Positions 63,875 through 64,000 of a stretch of DNA of 64,000 nt are shown one piece after another. The stretch is from the IMG/VR virus record IMGVR_UViG_3300044846_005229, positions 143,986 through 207,985 of that record. One strand, 5' to 3'. Under the pieces are notes generated by a model that saw nothing but the letters and a program-made list of their open reading frames with translations, was not told the origin of the DNA and did not search any database. Both the position numbers and the translations under genes were made by a program. The DNA comes from a virus. Each line of letters starts with the position of its first letter. Position 1 is the stretch's first letter.

Positions 63875-64000
63875 TTTGTTTCGTAGTAGTTTTTGTTTAA
63901 GGGGATTTTACTGCTTAGATTTTACCCCTTGCTATTGGGTTAATTGCTGTTGGGCCGAATAGGATACAGGCTGACTCTCGCCTGAGTAAGATGTTCGTCA

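Noticed and set aside
1-64000. Eukaryote-infecting giant virus origin (because of aaRS genes, tRNAs and a possible tRNA intron)
   Set aside because: The promoters are textbook bacterial sigma70 (-35/-10 with 17-bp spacing). Genes overlap by ATGA as in bacterial operons. tRNA T-loops and discriminators are bacterial-like, with no encoded CCA needed for the adjacent CCA enzyme. A bacterial mobile element or phage is more parsimonious.

Overview
The window reads as one contiguous stretch of a large, mosaic, phage-like (viral or integrated-element) genome. Every supportable protein gene and every tRNA lies on the minus strand; the only plus-strand features are two copies of a small promoter-driven non-coding locus and several repeat elements. 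Most genes are short, tightly packed (many ATGA or 4-nt overlaps) and preceded by a highly stereotyped sigma70-type promoter (minus-strand GGGGGTTGAC, 17-18 nt, TGcTATAAT). Leaders carry no Shine-Dalgarno sequence and are often pyrimidine-rich CnTn. Base composition is about 50% GC with clear AT-rich islands (about 12.7-15.6 kb, 16.8-17.6 kb, 22.4-23.1 kb, 29.8-30.6 kb, 32.4-33.4 kb, 49.1-49.6 kb) that lack the canonical promoter motif. Recognisable functions cluster around RNA/tRNA maintenance: full-length cysteinyl-tRNA synthetase, a disrupted AlaRS N-terminal fragment, at least 3 tRNAs plus 2 aberrant tRNA-like genes, a short CCA-adding-type nucleotidyltransferase, a P-loop polynucleotide-kinase-like protein immediately followed by a calcineurin-like phosphoesterase, an ATP-dependent RNA ligase, a CPR receiver-like domain protein and a TROVE/DUF2828-plus-vWA (Ro60-like) protein. 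Candidate anti-defence functions are also present: a Macro-domain protein and a NADAR-domain protein, an orphan N6-adenine DNA methyltransferase, a long pentapeptide-repeat protein and an acidic-tailed protein. Other recognisable products are a DnaN-like sliding clamp, an SSB/PriB-like OB-fold protein, an HNH endonuclease, a J-domain protein, an SPFH/band-7 protein, DUF2958, DUF932, a second metallophosphatase and a GT-A-like glycosyltransferase. The most unusual non-coding structure is a roughly 1-kb composite repeat module present in two full and one partial copy (1.7-2.7 kb, 5.3-6.2 kb, 10.1-10.4 kb). Each full copy contains two hairpin-rich inverted-repeat elements flanking a plus-strand TATAAT promoter that drives a short array of perfectly conserved 24-nt direct repeats with intervening segments of about 40 nt, a CRISPR-like or decoy-like layout with no cas genes nearby. 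Adjacent to the modules are two copies of a small plus-strand RNA locus, each with a consensus TTGACA-17/18-TATAAT promoter. Start coordinates were in many cases moved downstream of the ORF-track starts, because the track over-extends N-termini across promoters and permits TTG/GTG starts. Visual coordinates are accurate to about +/-2 nt.
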